Source: an uncultured Smithella sp.
GTDB lineage: Bacteria > Desulfobacterota > Syntrophia > Syntrophales > Smithellaceae
Assembly: GCA_964547345.1 (NCBI GenBank)
Contig: CAZJMX010000005.1
Coordinates: 64,678 to 128,677, forward strand
DNA length: 64,000 nt
Reading direction: 5' to 3'
The position numbers and the translations under genes are program-made. Under the pieces are notes generated by a model. That model ran no database searches and had not been told where the DNA came from. It saw only the letters and a program-made list of their open reading frames with translations. Below, one piece after another: positions 1 to 7,841 of this stretch. Position 1 is the first letter of the stretch; each line of letters starts with the position of its first letter.

Positions 1-2484
1 CAGGATATGGAGCTGCACAAAATTGATGATTTGCTGGCTCGGGCGGGGCTTTCCGATCCCGATGTGATCTGCAAAAAAACGCCACAGGAGCTGGGAAAAA
101 TTCTGGGTGTGGATGCGGTCGTGATCGGATCGATTTCCAATTTCGATAAATTCTTTGCGGTTTTGTATTCGCAGGTTGCCGTGGGCGCCGAAGTCAAAAT
201 GTATGACACCAAGACCGGCAATTTCCTGTGGGGCGGCAAGCACACGGTGCGCAAGCACGAAGGCGGCATATCCACCAATCCCGTGGGGATTATCGCGGCG
301 GTGGTGGTCACGGCGCTCAATGTTCGCGATATTCAGCTGCTGCGCGCCAATGACGATCTGTTTCGCGACATGGTCAAAACTATTCCGACGCCCTCGCTTG
401 CCCAGGCGACGCGTCCGCCGGCAATCAGTCTGTTGACACAGGACACCAAAGGCGCACCGAAGAAAGCGGGAGCGGAAATCAGGGTTGTCATTCAGGGGGC
501 GTCCAACATGCGCGCCTCTTTTGATATCGGCGACTATAGAAAGAGAATCGACATGCAGGAGGTCGAGCCGGGCGGCTACTATGGTGTTTATAAAGTGTTG
601 CCCGGTGACAACATCGATCGCGCCGTCATCACCGGATATCTGAAGGATGACGCCGGCAATGTCGCCCAGTGGGTGGATGCCATAGGCTCGGTGACGCTCG
701 ATACGGCTGCGCCGGACAAGCCTCTGGGCCTCGCGGGGATCGGTCGCAATAAGCGGGTGGGGCTGCGCTGGGACAAATCAGCCGCTTCGGATCTGGCGGC
801 CTACCATGTTTACCGGTCGGACTTGCCGCTTAGCGGTTATGTCCGGATCGGCAAAACGGAGCACAACGATTATCAGGATACGGATATCCATCTGATCAAC
901 ACCAAAATGTATTATTACCGCGTGGCGGCGGCGGATTTTGCCGGCAATGAAAGCGCGATGGCGCAGATACCGGCCATGCCGGTCGCTCCGGGGCCGACGC
1001 CTGTTTCAGGCGTCATCGAAGCGGATACCGTCTGGTATTCCGGCGCAAGCCCCTATGTGTTGACCGCCGACGTCACGGTTAAAGACAAGGCGCTTTTAAT
1101 CATTGAACCGGGCACGGAAATTAAATCCAAAGGGGGCGGTCTGATCATTGAAGGTCGCCTGAAAGCTGAGGGGAATAATGATTCCCTCATCAGTTTTGAC
1201 GCGCAAGACGAAGGCAAGCTCTGGGCGGGAATCACCTTCGCAGGCGTCAAGGATCGGGAAAACAAAATGGCGTTTGTCCGGATGAAGAGCGCGCGGACAG
1301 CCATCAACTGCCAGGCGTCATCGCCGGTGATTGAGAAGTCCGAGTTTACGCAAAACGTCGAAGCATTCAGGATTTCCGGCGCGTTTTCCAAACCTCTGAT
1401 CAGCAAGAATGTCATTTATAAAAACAGGGGTGTCGCGATATCCATCAGCGACGGGGCGGCGCCCAGAATCGTGGAAAATTCCATTTATGATAATCAGGGC
1501 GCCGGTCTTGCTTTGCAATCCGCCGCACCGGAGATAGTCCAGAATACCATTACACGCAACCGCAATAACGGGATTGACTTAAGAGGCGCGCAGGCCATCA
1601 TTCGTCACAATAATCTGATTGATAATTCACCTTATAACATGGCAAGCGCAATCAACGGCGCATCCTCGGTGAAGGCGCAGGACAACTGGTGGGGCAGCGC
1701 CAAAGTGTCGGAAATCCTGGGTGGTATTTCCGGACGCGTCGATATCCGCTTTGTGCTCGATGCACCCTGGCCTTACGGGAAGACCCTGGCCGTGTCAGTG
1801 ATGGACAAGAACCTCGGCGGAACGATCAAGATGGATGCTTATCTGATTCTGTCCAACAGCCCCTACCGGGTGACGAAGGATGTGGTGATAGACGGCGGAG
1901 CGACGCTTTATATCGAGCCGGGTGTTGTTTTGGAATTTGAACAGAAAACGACATTTGTGACGCAAAACGGGGGCATCGTCGCGCGGGGGACAAAAGAGAA
2001 ACCGATTACGTTCACCGCCGCTTCCGCCTCGCCCGTACCCGGTTTTTACTTAAGCGCCGTGCAGTTTGTCGAATCCACCCGGGTTAACAGCTCGTTTACG
2101 TATTGCATCGTGAAATACGCCGCGACCGCTTTTGATATTTATGCCGGGTCGCCGGAAATTTTACACAGCCACATCACGCAGTCTTCGCAAAGTGCGATAT
2201 ACTGCCGCAAGGAAGCGACGCCTGTCATTTCGCACAACACCTTTTCGCACAATTCAGGCGAAGGGGCGATCGTCTGTTTCGGCAGGGCCAATCCAAAAAT
2301 TTTCCAGAATAATTTTATCAGCAATGCCTGGGCTATTCAGAGCGTTTCGTCCATTTATATTGACGCGCGTCATAACTGGTGGGGCGCGTCGCCTCCCGAT
2401 TCCAGAATGATCTGGGGGGAAAATATTAATATCAAACCGTGGTTAAATAAGGAAAATCCCGGCGCCTTCCGCGAAGGCCGCTGA
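1..2484 (+). CDS. 5'-truncated multidomain envelope protein: DUF799/GNA1162-like domain, Ig-like region, fibronectin type III, then two blocks of right-handed parallel beta-helix (PbH1/NosD-like) repeats
   Basis: The frame is open to base 1 (cag gat precede the first ATG at 7). The N-terminal LGVDAVVIGSISNF...VAVGAEVKMYDTKTGNFLWGG resembles the DUF799 lipoprotein at 57814-58413. RVGLRWDKSAASDLAAYHVYRS...YYYRVAAADFAGNES is an FN3 signature. The repeated motifs (SPxIxxNxI, NWWG) are typical of beta-helix repeats. Confidence 0.7.
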   Translation, partial: QDMELHKIDDLLARAGLSDPDVICKKTPQELGKILGVDAVVIGSISNFDKFFAVLYSQVAVGAEVKMYDTKTGNFLWGGKHTVRKHEGGISTNPVGIIAAVVVTALNVRDIQLLRANDDLFRDMVKTIPTPSLAQATRPPAISLLTQDTKGAPKKAGAEIRVVIQGASNMRASFDIGDYRKRIDMQEVEPGGYYGVYKVLPGDNIDRAVITGYLKDDAGNVAQWVDAIGSVTLDTAAPDKPLGLAGIGRNKRVGLRWDKSAASDLAAYHVYRSDLPLSGYVRIGKTEHNDYQDTDIHLINTKMYYYRVAAADFAGNESAMAQIPAMPVAPGPTPVSGVIEADTVWYSGASPYVLTADVTVKDKALLIIEPGTEIKSKGGGLIIEGRLKAEGNNDSLISFDAQDEGKLWAGITFAGVKDRENKMAFVRMKSARTAINCQASSPVIEKSEFTQNVEAFRISGAFSKPLISKNVIYKNRGVAISISDGAAPRIVENSIYDNQGAGLALQSAAPEIVQNTITRNRNNGIDLRGAQAIIRHNNLIDNSPYNMASAINGASSVKAQDNWWGSAKVSEILGGISGRVDIRFVLDAPWPYGKTLAVSVMDKNLGGTIKMDAYLILSNSPYRVTKDVVIDGGATLYIEPGVVLEFEQKTTFVTQNGGIVARGTKEKPITFTAASASPVPGFYLSAVQFVESTRVNSSFTYCIVKYAATAFDIYAGSPEILHSHITQSSQSAIYCRKEATPVISHNTFSHNSGEGAIVCFGRANPKIFQNNFISNAWAIQSVSSIYIDARHNWWGASPPDSRMIWGENINIKPWLNKENPGAFREGR

Positions 2485-2570
2485 GGCTTCACCGAGGGTT
2501 AATTGTTATTGCAACTTGGAGGATATTTTGTTACTTTTCCCGCAGCTTTCATCGAGTTGAATATTTCCGG

Positions 2571-2596
2571 GACGATAACCATCAGACGATAACCAT
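2571..2596. repeat. Tandem direct repeat GACGATAACCAT x2 (period 14) directly abutting the Shine-Dalgarno of the LPP20-like gene
   Basis: gacgataaccat at 2571-2582 and again at 2585-2596. AAGGAGG follows at 2597-2603 and the ATG at 2609. Confidence 0.5.
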
Positions 2597-2608
2597 AAGG
2601 AGGATCAT

Positions 2609-3541
2609 ATGAAGTTAAGATTTGTTTCAATAGCGGTTATGGCATGTTTTTTATTAGTACTGACGCAGGCGGGTTTTGGTCAGGATAAAGTCAGTATGTC
2701 CGAATGGGTAGAAAAAGTCAGCCAGGGTTCCGTGAACTGGTCGGCAGGGTATATTGAAGCGGTCGGCATCGGCGCGCCGCCCGACCGGTCCATCGGCAAA
2801 ATCAATGCGCGTCCGATGGCGCTTCGCGCCGCCAAAGTTGACGCTCTCCGGAATCTTCTGGAAATTACCAAAGGCATACAGATTGATTCCCGAACGGTGG
2901 TTAAGGACTTTACGGTGGAAAGCGATATTGTCAATACGCAGGTTGAAGGATTAATCAAAGGCGCTCAGGTTGTCAATCAACAGTACATGTCCGATGGAAC
3001 GGTGGAAGTCACAGTGAGGATGCCACTGTATGGCGATCTGTCCAGAATCGTGATGCCGATGGCCATTGAAAAGAGAAAAGACGTCGCCCCCCCCGCGACC
3101 GCCCCCGTAACTGCGCCTCCCGCGCCGGCGCCGGCAGTCCCGACGCCCGCAGCACCCGCTCCGGCTCTGACCGCTCCCGCACCTGCGCCTGCGGCGCCGA
3201 TTGCCTATACCGGACTGGTCATTGACGCTCGCGGCATTCAGGCGCGTCCGGCGATGTCCCCCCGCGTTTTTGATGAAGACGGCAAGGAATTATACGGTTC
3301 GGCCAATGTCGATCGCGAATACGCCGTGCAGCAGGGTATGAGCGGTTATGCCCGCGACCTTACGGCGGCACAGAGCAATCAGCGTGTGACGGCCAATCCC
3401 GTGACGGTGAAAGGGCTCAAAACCAATGGCCCGGGCCGATCCGACGTGGTGATCAGCAATGCCGATGCTCGGCAGATTCGCGCCTCCGCGGAAAACGCAT
3501 CTTTTATGAAAAAATGCCGGGTCATGATTGTGTTGGATTAA
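2609..3541 (+). CDS. LPP20-family secreted/lipoprotein with a Pro/Ala-rich linker and a conserved C-terminal domain of unknown function
   Basis: Strong RBS and an N-terminal signal sequence. GYIEAVGIGAPP...ARPMALRAAKVDALRNLLEITKG is LPP20-like. The linker is PPATAPVTAPPAPAPAVPTPAAPAPALTAPAPAPAAP. Confidence 0.7.
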   Translation: MKLRFVSIAVMACFLLVLTQAGFGQDKVSMSEWVEKVSQGSVNWSAGYIEAVGIGAPPDRSIGKINARPMALRAAKVDALRNLLEITKGIQIDSRTVVKDFTVESDIVNTQVEGLIKGAQVVNQQYMSDGTVEVTVRMPLYGDLSRIVMPMAIEKRKDVAPPATAPVTAPPAPAPAVPTPAAPAPALTAPAPAPAAPIAYTGLVIDARGIQARPAMSPRVFDEDGKELYGSANVDREYAVQQGMSGYARDLTAAQSNQRVTANPVTVKGLKTNGPGRSDVVISNADARQIRASAENASFMKKCRVMIVLD

Positions 3542-3569
3542 ACCGGTAGACAAAATAAAACAAAATGAG

Positions 3570-3608
3570 GCCGCAGCCACGAAAGCTTGAGTGGCTGCGG
3601 CTTTTTTT
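3570..3608 (+). terminator. Rho-independent terminator
   Basis: An 11-bp GC-rich stem (gccgcagccac / gtggctgcggc) followed by TTTTTTT. Confidence 0.8.
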
Positions 3609-3633
3609 GGGTTGAGCTTAAAGGGAACAGGTA

Positions 3634-5430
3634 TTGTCTAAAAGAATTGTTGTTCTATCCGAAGAGGTCGCAAACCAGATTGCCGCAGGTGAGGTCGTGG
3701 AGAGACCGGCTTCCATTGTAAAGGAGCTGGTTGAGAATGCCATTGACGCGCAAGCGACGGATATCCGCGTTGATCTGGAAAAAGGCGGCTGTCAGTCCAT
3801 TCGTATCGTGGACAACGGATCCGGCATTGAACGTGAGGATGTCGCTCTTGCATTTGAACGCCATGCCACAAGTAAAATTACAAAGCTTGAAGATATTTAT
3901 TCCACAGGATCGTTTGGTTTCCGCGGCGAGGCGATGGCGAGCATCGCCTCCATCGCCCGCATGGAGATGCTCACGCGCCGTCCCGAGGATCTGGCCGGGA
4001 CGAGAGCGCTTGCTCAGGCGGGCGCTATTTCTGAAATCACACCTGCCGGATGCCGGCCGGGAACCCAGATTACCGTGTCGGATATCTTTGCCAATGTTCC
4101 GGCGCGCCGGAAATTTCTTAAAACCGAAGCCACCGAGCAAAGCGTTTGCCTGGATGCCATTACCCGTCTGGCGCTGGCCCATCCGGAAGTGCGATTTATC
4201 GTGATGGCCGATGGGCGGGAAATCTTTGCCGCGCCTGTTGCCGCAAGCGTTTCGGATCGTGTGGCCATGATTCTGGGAGAAGATTTTTCCGGACATTGCC
4301 TTCCTGTCCGCGACCAAAAAGAACATCTCCGGATTCAGGGCTATGTTTCGGCGCCGCCTTACACACGATCTAATTCCAAGAATATTTTTCTTTATGTCAA
4401 TGCGCGCTTTATCCGTGACAACAGCCTCACACATGCGTTGCTTGCGGCCTACCGGCAGGTGATTGAGCCCCGCCGTTATCCGGCTGCCGTTTTGTTTCTG
4501 GAACTGCCGGGCCAGGATGTGGATATCAACGTGCATCCGGCCAAGCTGGAGGTGCGCTTTAAAAATTCCCGCGACATTTATGATCTGGTTTCCAAAACAG
4601 TGGCGCAGGCTCTTGCCCGTGCGCAGACATCGCCTGCCGCATTTACCTATCGCCTGGCGCCGCGTGAAACGACATCCGCCTCATCCGGGTATTGGAAGCC
4701 GAAAGGATCTTATGCTGCGCCTGCCCGTCTGCCTGATATTTTTTCGAGGCAGACGATGCAGCAGGCTATTGCCGAAGATTTGTTTTCGCGCGCAGTGGCG
4801 GAATCCGATGTTCCGTTCGGTGTGGAAGACGCCTCCTGCGGTCAGAAGATTACATTTGCCAACCGAACCTATCTGGGGCAGTTTGCCGGAACCTATCTGG
4901 TTTTCGGAGGATCGGATGGCTTGATGTTGCTCGATCAGCACGCGGCGCACGAGAGGATTCTGCTGGAGCGCCTGAAAGCCACATCATGCGATCAGGCGGC
5001 AAGCCAGCCGCTTTTAATGCCGGAGGTGGTAAGTTTGTCGTCCGCGCAGATCAGCCTTTTTGAGGGAGCGCAGGGGATGCTGGGCGGCATCGGTCTGGAT
5101 GTGGAAATATTCGGACGGGATGCGATTGTGGTCAAATCCATGCCCGCTTCATTACCGTATGTTGATCCGCGGGAATTGATCCATGATCTGGCTGATCAAC
5201 TGGGCGATCAGCCGACAACGCTCACGCTTGCCGAGCGCAAAGAAAAAATACTCGCTTCCATGGCCTGCCGCGCCGCCGTCAAAGCCAATGCGCATCTTTC
5301 CGCAGAAGAGGTCGCCGCTTTGTGCCGCGATCTGGAGCAAACACCCTATAACGCAACCTGTCCGCATGGACGTCCCATCAGTGTAAAATTTTCTCTTTAT
5401 GAAATCGAAAGACTGTTCAAACGAAAATAA
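3634..5430 (+). CDS. mutL: DNA mismatch repair protein MutL (TTG start)
   Basis: GHKL ATPase motifs (IAAGEVVERPASIVKELVENAIDA, DNGSGI, FGFRGEA) and a C-terminal dimerisation region with ACRAAVKAN. Confidence 0.95.
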   Translation: MSKRIVVLSEEVANQIAAGEVVERPASIVKELVENAIDAQATDIRVDLEKGGCQSIRIVDNGSGIEREDVALAFERHATSKITKLEDIYSTGSFGFRGEAMASIASIARMEMLTRRPEDLAGTRALAQAGAISEITPAGCRPGTQITVSDIFANVPARRKFLKTEATEQSVCLDAITRLALAHPEVRFIVMADGREIFAAPVAASVSDRVAMILGEDFSGHCLPVRDQKEHLRIQGYVSAPPYTRSNSKNIFLYVNARFIRDNSLTHALLAAYRQVIEPRRYPAAVLFLELPGQDVDINVHPAKLEVRFKNSRDIYDLVSKTVAQALARAQTSPAAFTYRLAPRETTSASSGYWKPKGSYAAPARLPDIFSRQTMQQAIAEDLFSRAVAESDVPFGVEDASCGQKITFANRTYLGQFAGTYLVFGGSDGLMLLDQHAAHERILLERLKATSCDQAASQPLLMPEVVSLSSAQISLFEGAQGMLGGIGLDVEIFGRDAIVVKSMPASLPYVDPRELIHDLADQLGDQPTTLTLAERKEKILASMACRAAVKANAHLSAEEVAALCRDLEQTPYNATCPHGRPISVKFSLYEIERLFKRK

Positions 5431-6376
5431 AACACCGAAGATTCCGCTGGTCGTGATCGGTTCGCCGACGGCAACGGGCAAAACGGATCTGGCGGTAGAA
5501 CTCGCGCGGATCTATGGCGGTGAAATCGTCAATGCCGATTCATTGCAGGTCTATCGTGGTCTGGATATCGGAACGGCCAAGCCCACCCTTGCAGAAAGAC
5601 GGAGTGTGCCGCACCATCTGATTGATGTTGTGAGTCCCGATGAGGACTACAACGCCGCCCTCTATGCTGAACAGGCCCGCAAGTTGATTGATGCGCTGGC
5701 GGGCGCAGGAAAACCGGTTTTTGTGGTGGGCGGGACAGGCTTGTATATCCGGGCGCTGCTTTCCGGCATGATTGAAACGCCGCCGGTGGATGAAAATATC
5801 CGCAATTATTATCGCGAACTTCGCGACAGGCATGGTCGGGAATATCTTTACGGCCTGCTTTGTGAAAGGGATCCGCAGGCGGCCATGCGGATCAATCCCA
5901 ACGATGCCGTCCGCGTGATCCGGGCGCTTGAGGTTTTGGAGCAAAGCGGCCAGTCCATTGTGACCTTACAGCAGAAACATTCGTTTGCCGATTGCCCCTA
6001 CGATGCCTTTAAGATCGGGTTGAAGGTGGACCGTGAAGAATTGAAAAGTAGAATCGCCGGGAGGACGGCAAAGATGATGGACGCGGGGTTTCTCGATGAA
6101 GTGCGGGGACTGCTGGCGCGGGGGTACAGTGAAAAATTAAAGCCTCTGCAATCGCTGGGTTATAAACAGATGATCGATTTTCTCCAGGGCCGTCAAAACT
6201 GGGAAGAAACCCTGCGTTTAATCAACCGCGACACCTGGCAATATTCCAAGCGGCAGATGACCTGGTTTTCCGCGGATAAAACGATCCATTGGTTTGCCCC
6301 GGATCAGACGGATGAAATCAAAAAATCCCTGGAGATCTTTCGGACAAAAACACCTGTTTTTAGATATCGAGCCTGA
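5399..6376 (+). CDS. miaA: tRNA dimethylallyltransferase MiaA
   Basis: P-loop GSPTATGKT, DSLQVYRGLDIGTAKP and GGTGLYIRALL. It overlaps the mutL 3' end by 32 nt, keeping the classical mutL-miaA synteny. Confidence 0.95.
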   Translation: MKSKDCSNENKTPKIPLVVIGSPTATGKTDLAVELARIYGGEIVNADSLQVYRGLDIGTAKPTLAERRSVPHHLIDVVSPDEDYNAALYAEQARKLIDALAGAGKPVFVVGGTGLYIRALLSGMIETPPVDENIRNYYRELRDRHGREYLYGLLCERDPQAAMRINPNDAVRVIRALEVLEQSGQSIVTLQQKHSFADCPYDAFKIGLKVDREELKSRIAGRTAKMMDAGFLDEVRGLLARGYSEKLKPLQSLGYKQMIDFLQGRQNWEETLRLINRDTWQYSKRQMTWFSADKTIHWFAPDQTDEIKKSLEIFRTKTPVFRYRA

Positions 6377-6429
6377 TTCGGCCTCCGCAAAATCGGCGGA
6401 AACGGGTCGGGACGGATTGCAATATTGGC

Positions 6430-6459
6430 TTGACTTAAAACGGCACTAAAGCTAATGAT
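6430..6459 (+). promoter_or_regulatory. Candidate sigma-70 promoter (TTGACT, 18-nt spacer, AATGAT)
   Basis: Motif match only, about 70 nt upstream of the 6530 CDS. Confidence 0.3.
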
Positions 6460-6529
6460 ACAAGGTATTTTATCGAATCACTGAATAGATATTTTCATGA
6501 AGTAACCCTTTTAAGGAAAGGAGCACAAT

Positions 6530-7702
6530 ATGTTTACCAGACAAAAAATGAACAGAGGTCTTTTTCTTATCGTATTGCTTGCGGCTGTTTTGTTGTTGGT
6601 GGCCTGTGGACCGAAGGCGCGGGTGCCTGTCAGCCAACTGGATACGCCTGAGCATCACACCTTCACGGGGATGAAGCTGCTGGATCAGGAAAAGTATGCC
6701 GACGCCCAGCGGGAATTTGAACTGGCGCTCAGCATTGACAAAAAGTATTCCAAAGCCTTCACCGGCCTCGGACTGGTGAAGACGTATACCGCCGATTACA
6801 AAGCCGCGCTGGACAATCTTGAAAAAGGCGCCAAGTTTGCAAATACGGATGATGAGAAGCTCTTCAACCATGTCAGCGTGATACGCTATCAAACGCAGAG
6901 CAAAAAAGAAAAGAAGTGGCTGGAGTCGTGCAAGGACGAATATAAAGCGGCAGTTAAAATTGATGCAAAACATTCCGCCGCCTATTATTTTATGGGGATG
7001 GCCTACAAGCAGGCTTATGAGTTCAATGCGGCAGGCCAGATGTTTACAAAAGTTCTCGAACTTAAAAGTGATTATGTAGGCAAGGCCGACACGGAGTGGA
7101 ACTTTGTCCAGAAGGTTCAGCGGGCCATGCCCGGCACGGCGACCGGCAAGCAAATCGCCCTGGTGGAGAAAATTTCCCGCGCGGATGCCGCAGCGTTGTT
7201 TATGGAAGAATTAAAGATTGACGTGTTGTACAAAAAGAAGACCCCTAAAACCTTTGATACATCGTTTAAGGATCCGGAAAAAGCGGCCCAGGCGGCCAAA
7301 CCCGTCAAACTGACGGCCAAAGACATTGCGGATCATCCCTTGAAGGTGGATATTGAAGGCATTCTGGAGATCGGTGTGCGCGGTCTGGAAAATGACCCGA
7401 ACGGCAACTTCGTGCCGGGAGAAACGATCAGCCGCGCCGAATACGCGATGATGATTGAAGACATTTTAATTAAAGTGTCGGGCGACAATGCACTGGCGAC
7501 CAAGTTCATCGGTTCAAAATCTCCCTTCCCGGATTTAAGAGATTCTTTGCCTTACTTCAATGCCGTGATGGTTGTAACCTCGCGCGGCATTATGGAAGCC
7601 CAGGATATATCCACAGGTGAATTCGCGCCGCTCAAACCGGTGCCGGGCGTGGATGCGCTTTTGATGATCCGCAAGATTAAAGAACAGTTGAAGTTCAATT
7701 AA
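6530..7702 (+). CDS. Lipoprotein with TPR repeats and C-terminal S-layer-homology (SLH)-like repeats
   Basis: Lipobox LLVAC. TPR-like helices (AQREFELALSIDKKYSKAFTGLG, YKAAVKIDAKHSAAYYFMGMAY). SLH-like NGNFVPGETISRAEYAMMI and GEFAPLKPVPGVDALLMI. Confidence 0.65.
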   Translation: MFTRQKMNRGLFLIVLLAAVLLLVACGPKARVPVSQLDTPEHHTFTGMKLLDQEKYADAQREFELALSIDKKYSKAFTGLGLVKTYTADYKAALDNLEKGAKFANTDDEKLFNHVSVIRYQTQSKKEKKWLESCKDEYKAAVKIDAKHSAAYYFMGMAYKQAYEFNAAGQMFTKVLELKSDYVGKADTEWNFVQKVQRAMPGTATGKQIALVEKISRADAAALFMEELKIDVLYKKKTPKTFDTSFKDPEKAAQAAKPVKLTAKDIADHPLKVDIEGILEIGVRGLENDPNGNFVPGETISRAEYAMMIEDILIKVSGDNALATKFIGSKSPFPDLRDSLPYFNAVMVVTSRGIMEAQDISTGEFAPLKPVPGVDALLMIRKIKEQLKFN

Positions 7703-7790
7703 CGGTGGTTGGCTTTAAGGAATTTCGAGGCGGGACGATGATTGTCCCGCCTTCAATTTAGATAGAGACATTCGATAAAAGCAAAGTCAA

Positions 7791-7811
7791 AAAGGGCGCA
7801 AGCCCTTTTTT
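7791..7811 (+). terminator. Rho-independent terminator (a second weaker hairpin lies at 7728-7752)
   Basis: aaaaGGGC-gcaa-GCCCtttttt. Confidence 0.7.
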
Positions 7812-7841
7812 AAGTGTAAGAGATAAGGAGAGTATTAATTC

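Noticed and set aside
3085-3205. GC-rich quasi-repetitive DNA (ccc gcg / ccg gca units) that could be mistaken for a tandem repeat or array.
   Set aside because: It is in frame within the LPP20 gene and encodes a Pro/Ala-rich interdomain linker. It has no regular period or spacer structure.
7703-7841. Checked the leaders of valS, argS (45391-45496), thrS (59946-60059) and pheS for T-box or other aminoacyl-tRNA synthetase leaders.
   Set aside because: The spacers are short and contain only terminators of the upstream genes and ribosome-binding sites. No specifier-loop or T-box (AGGGUGGNACCGCG-like) sequence was seen.
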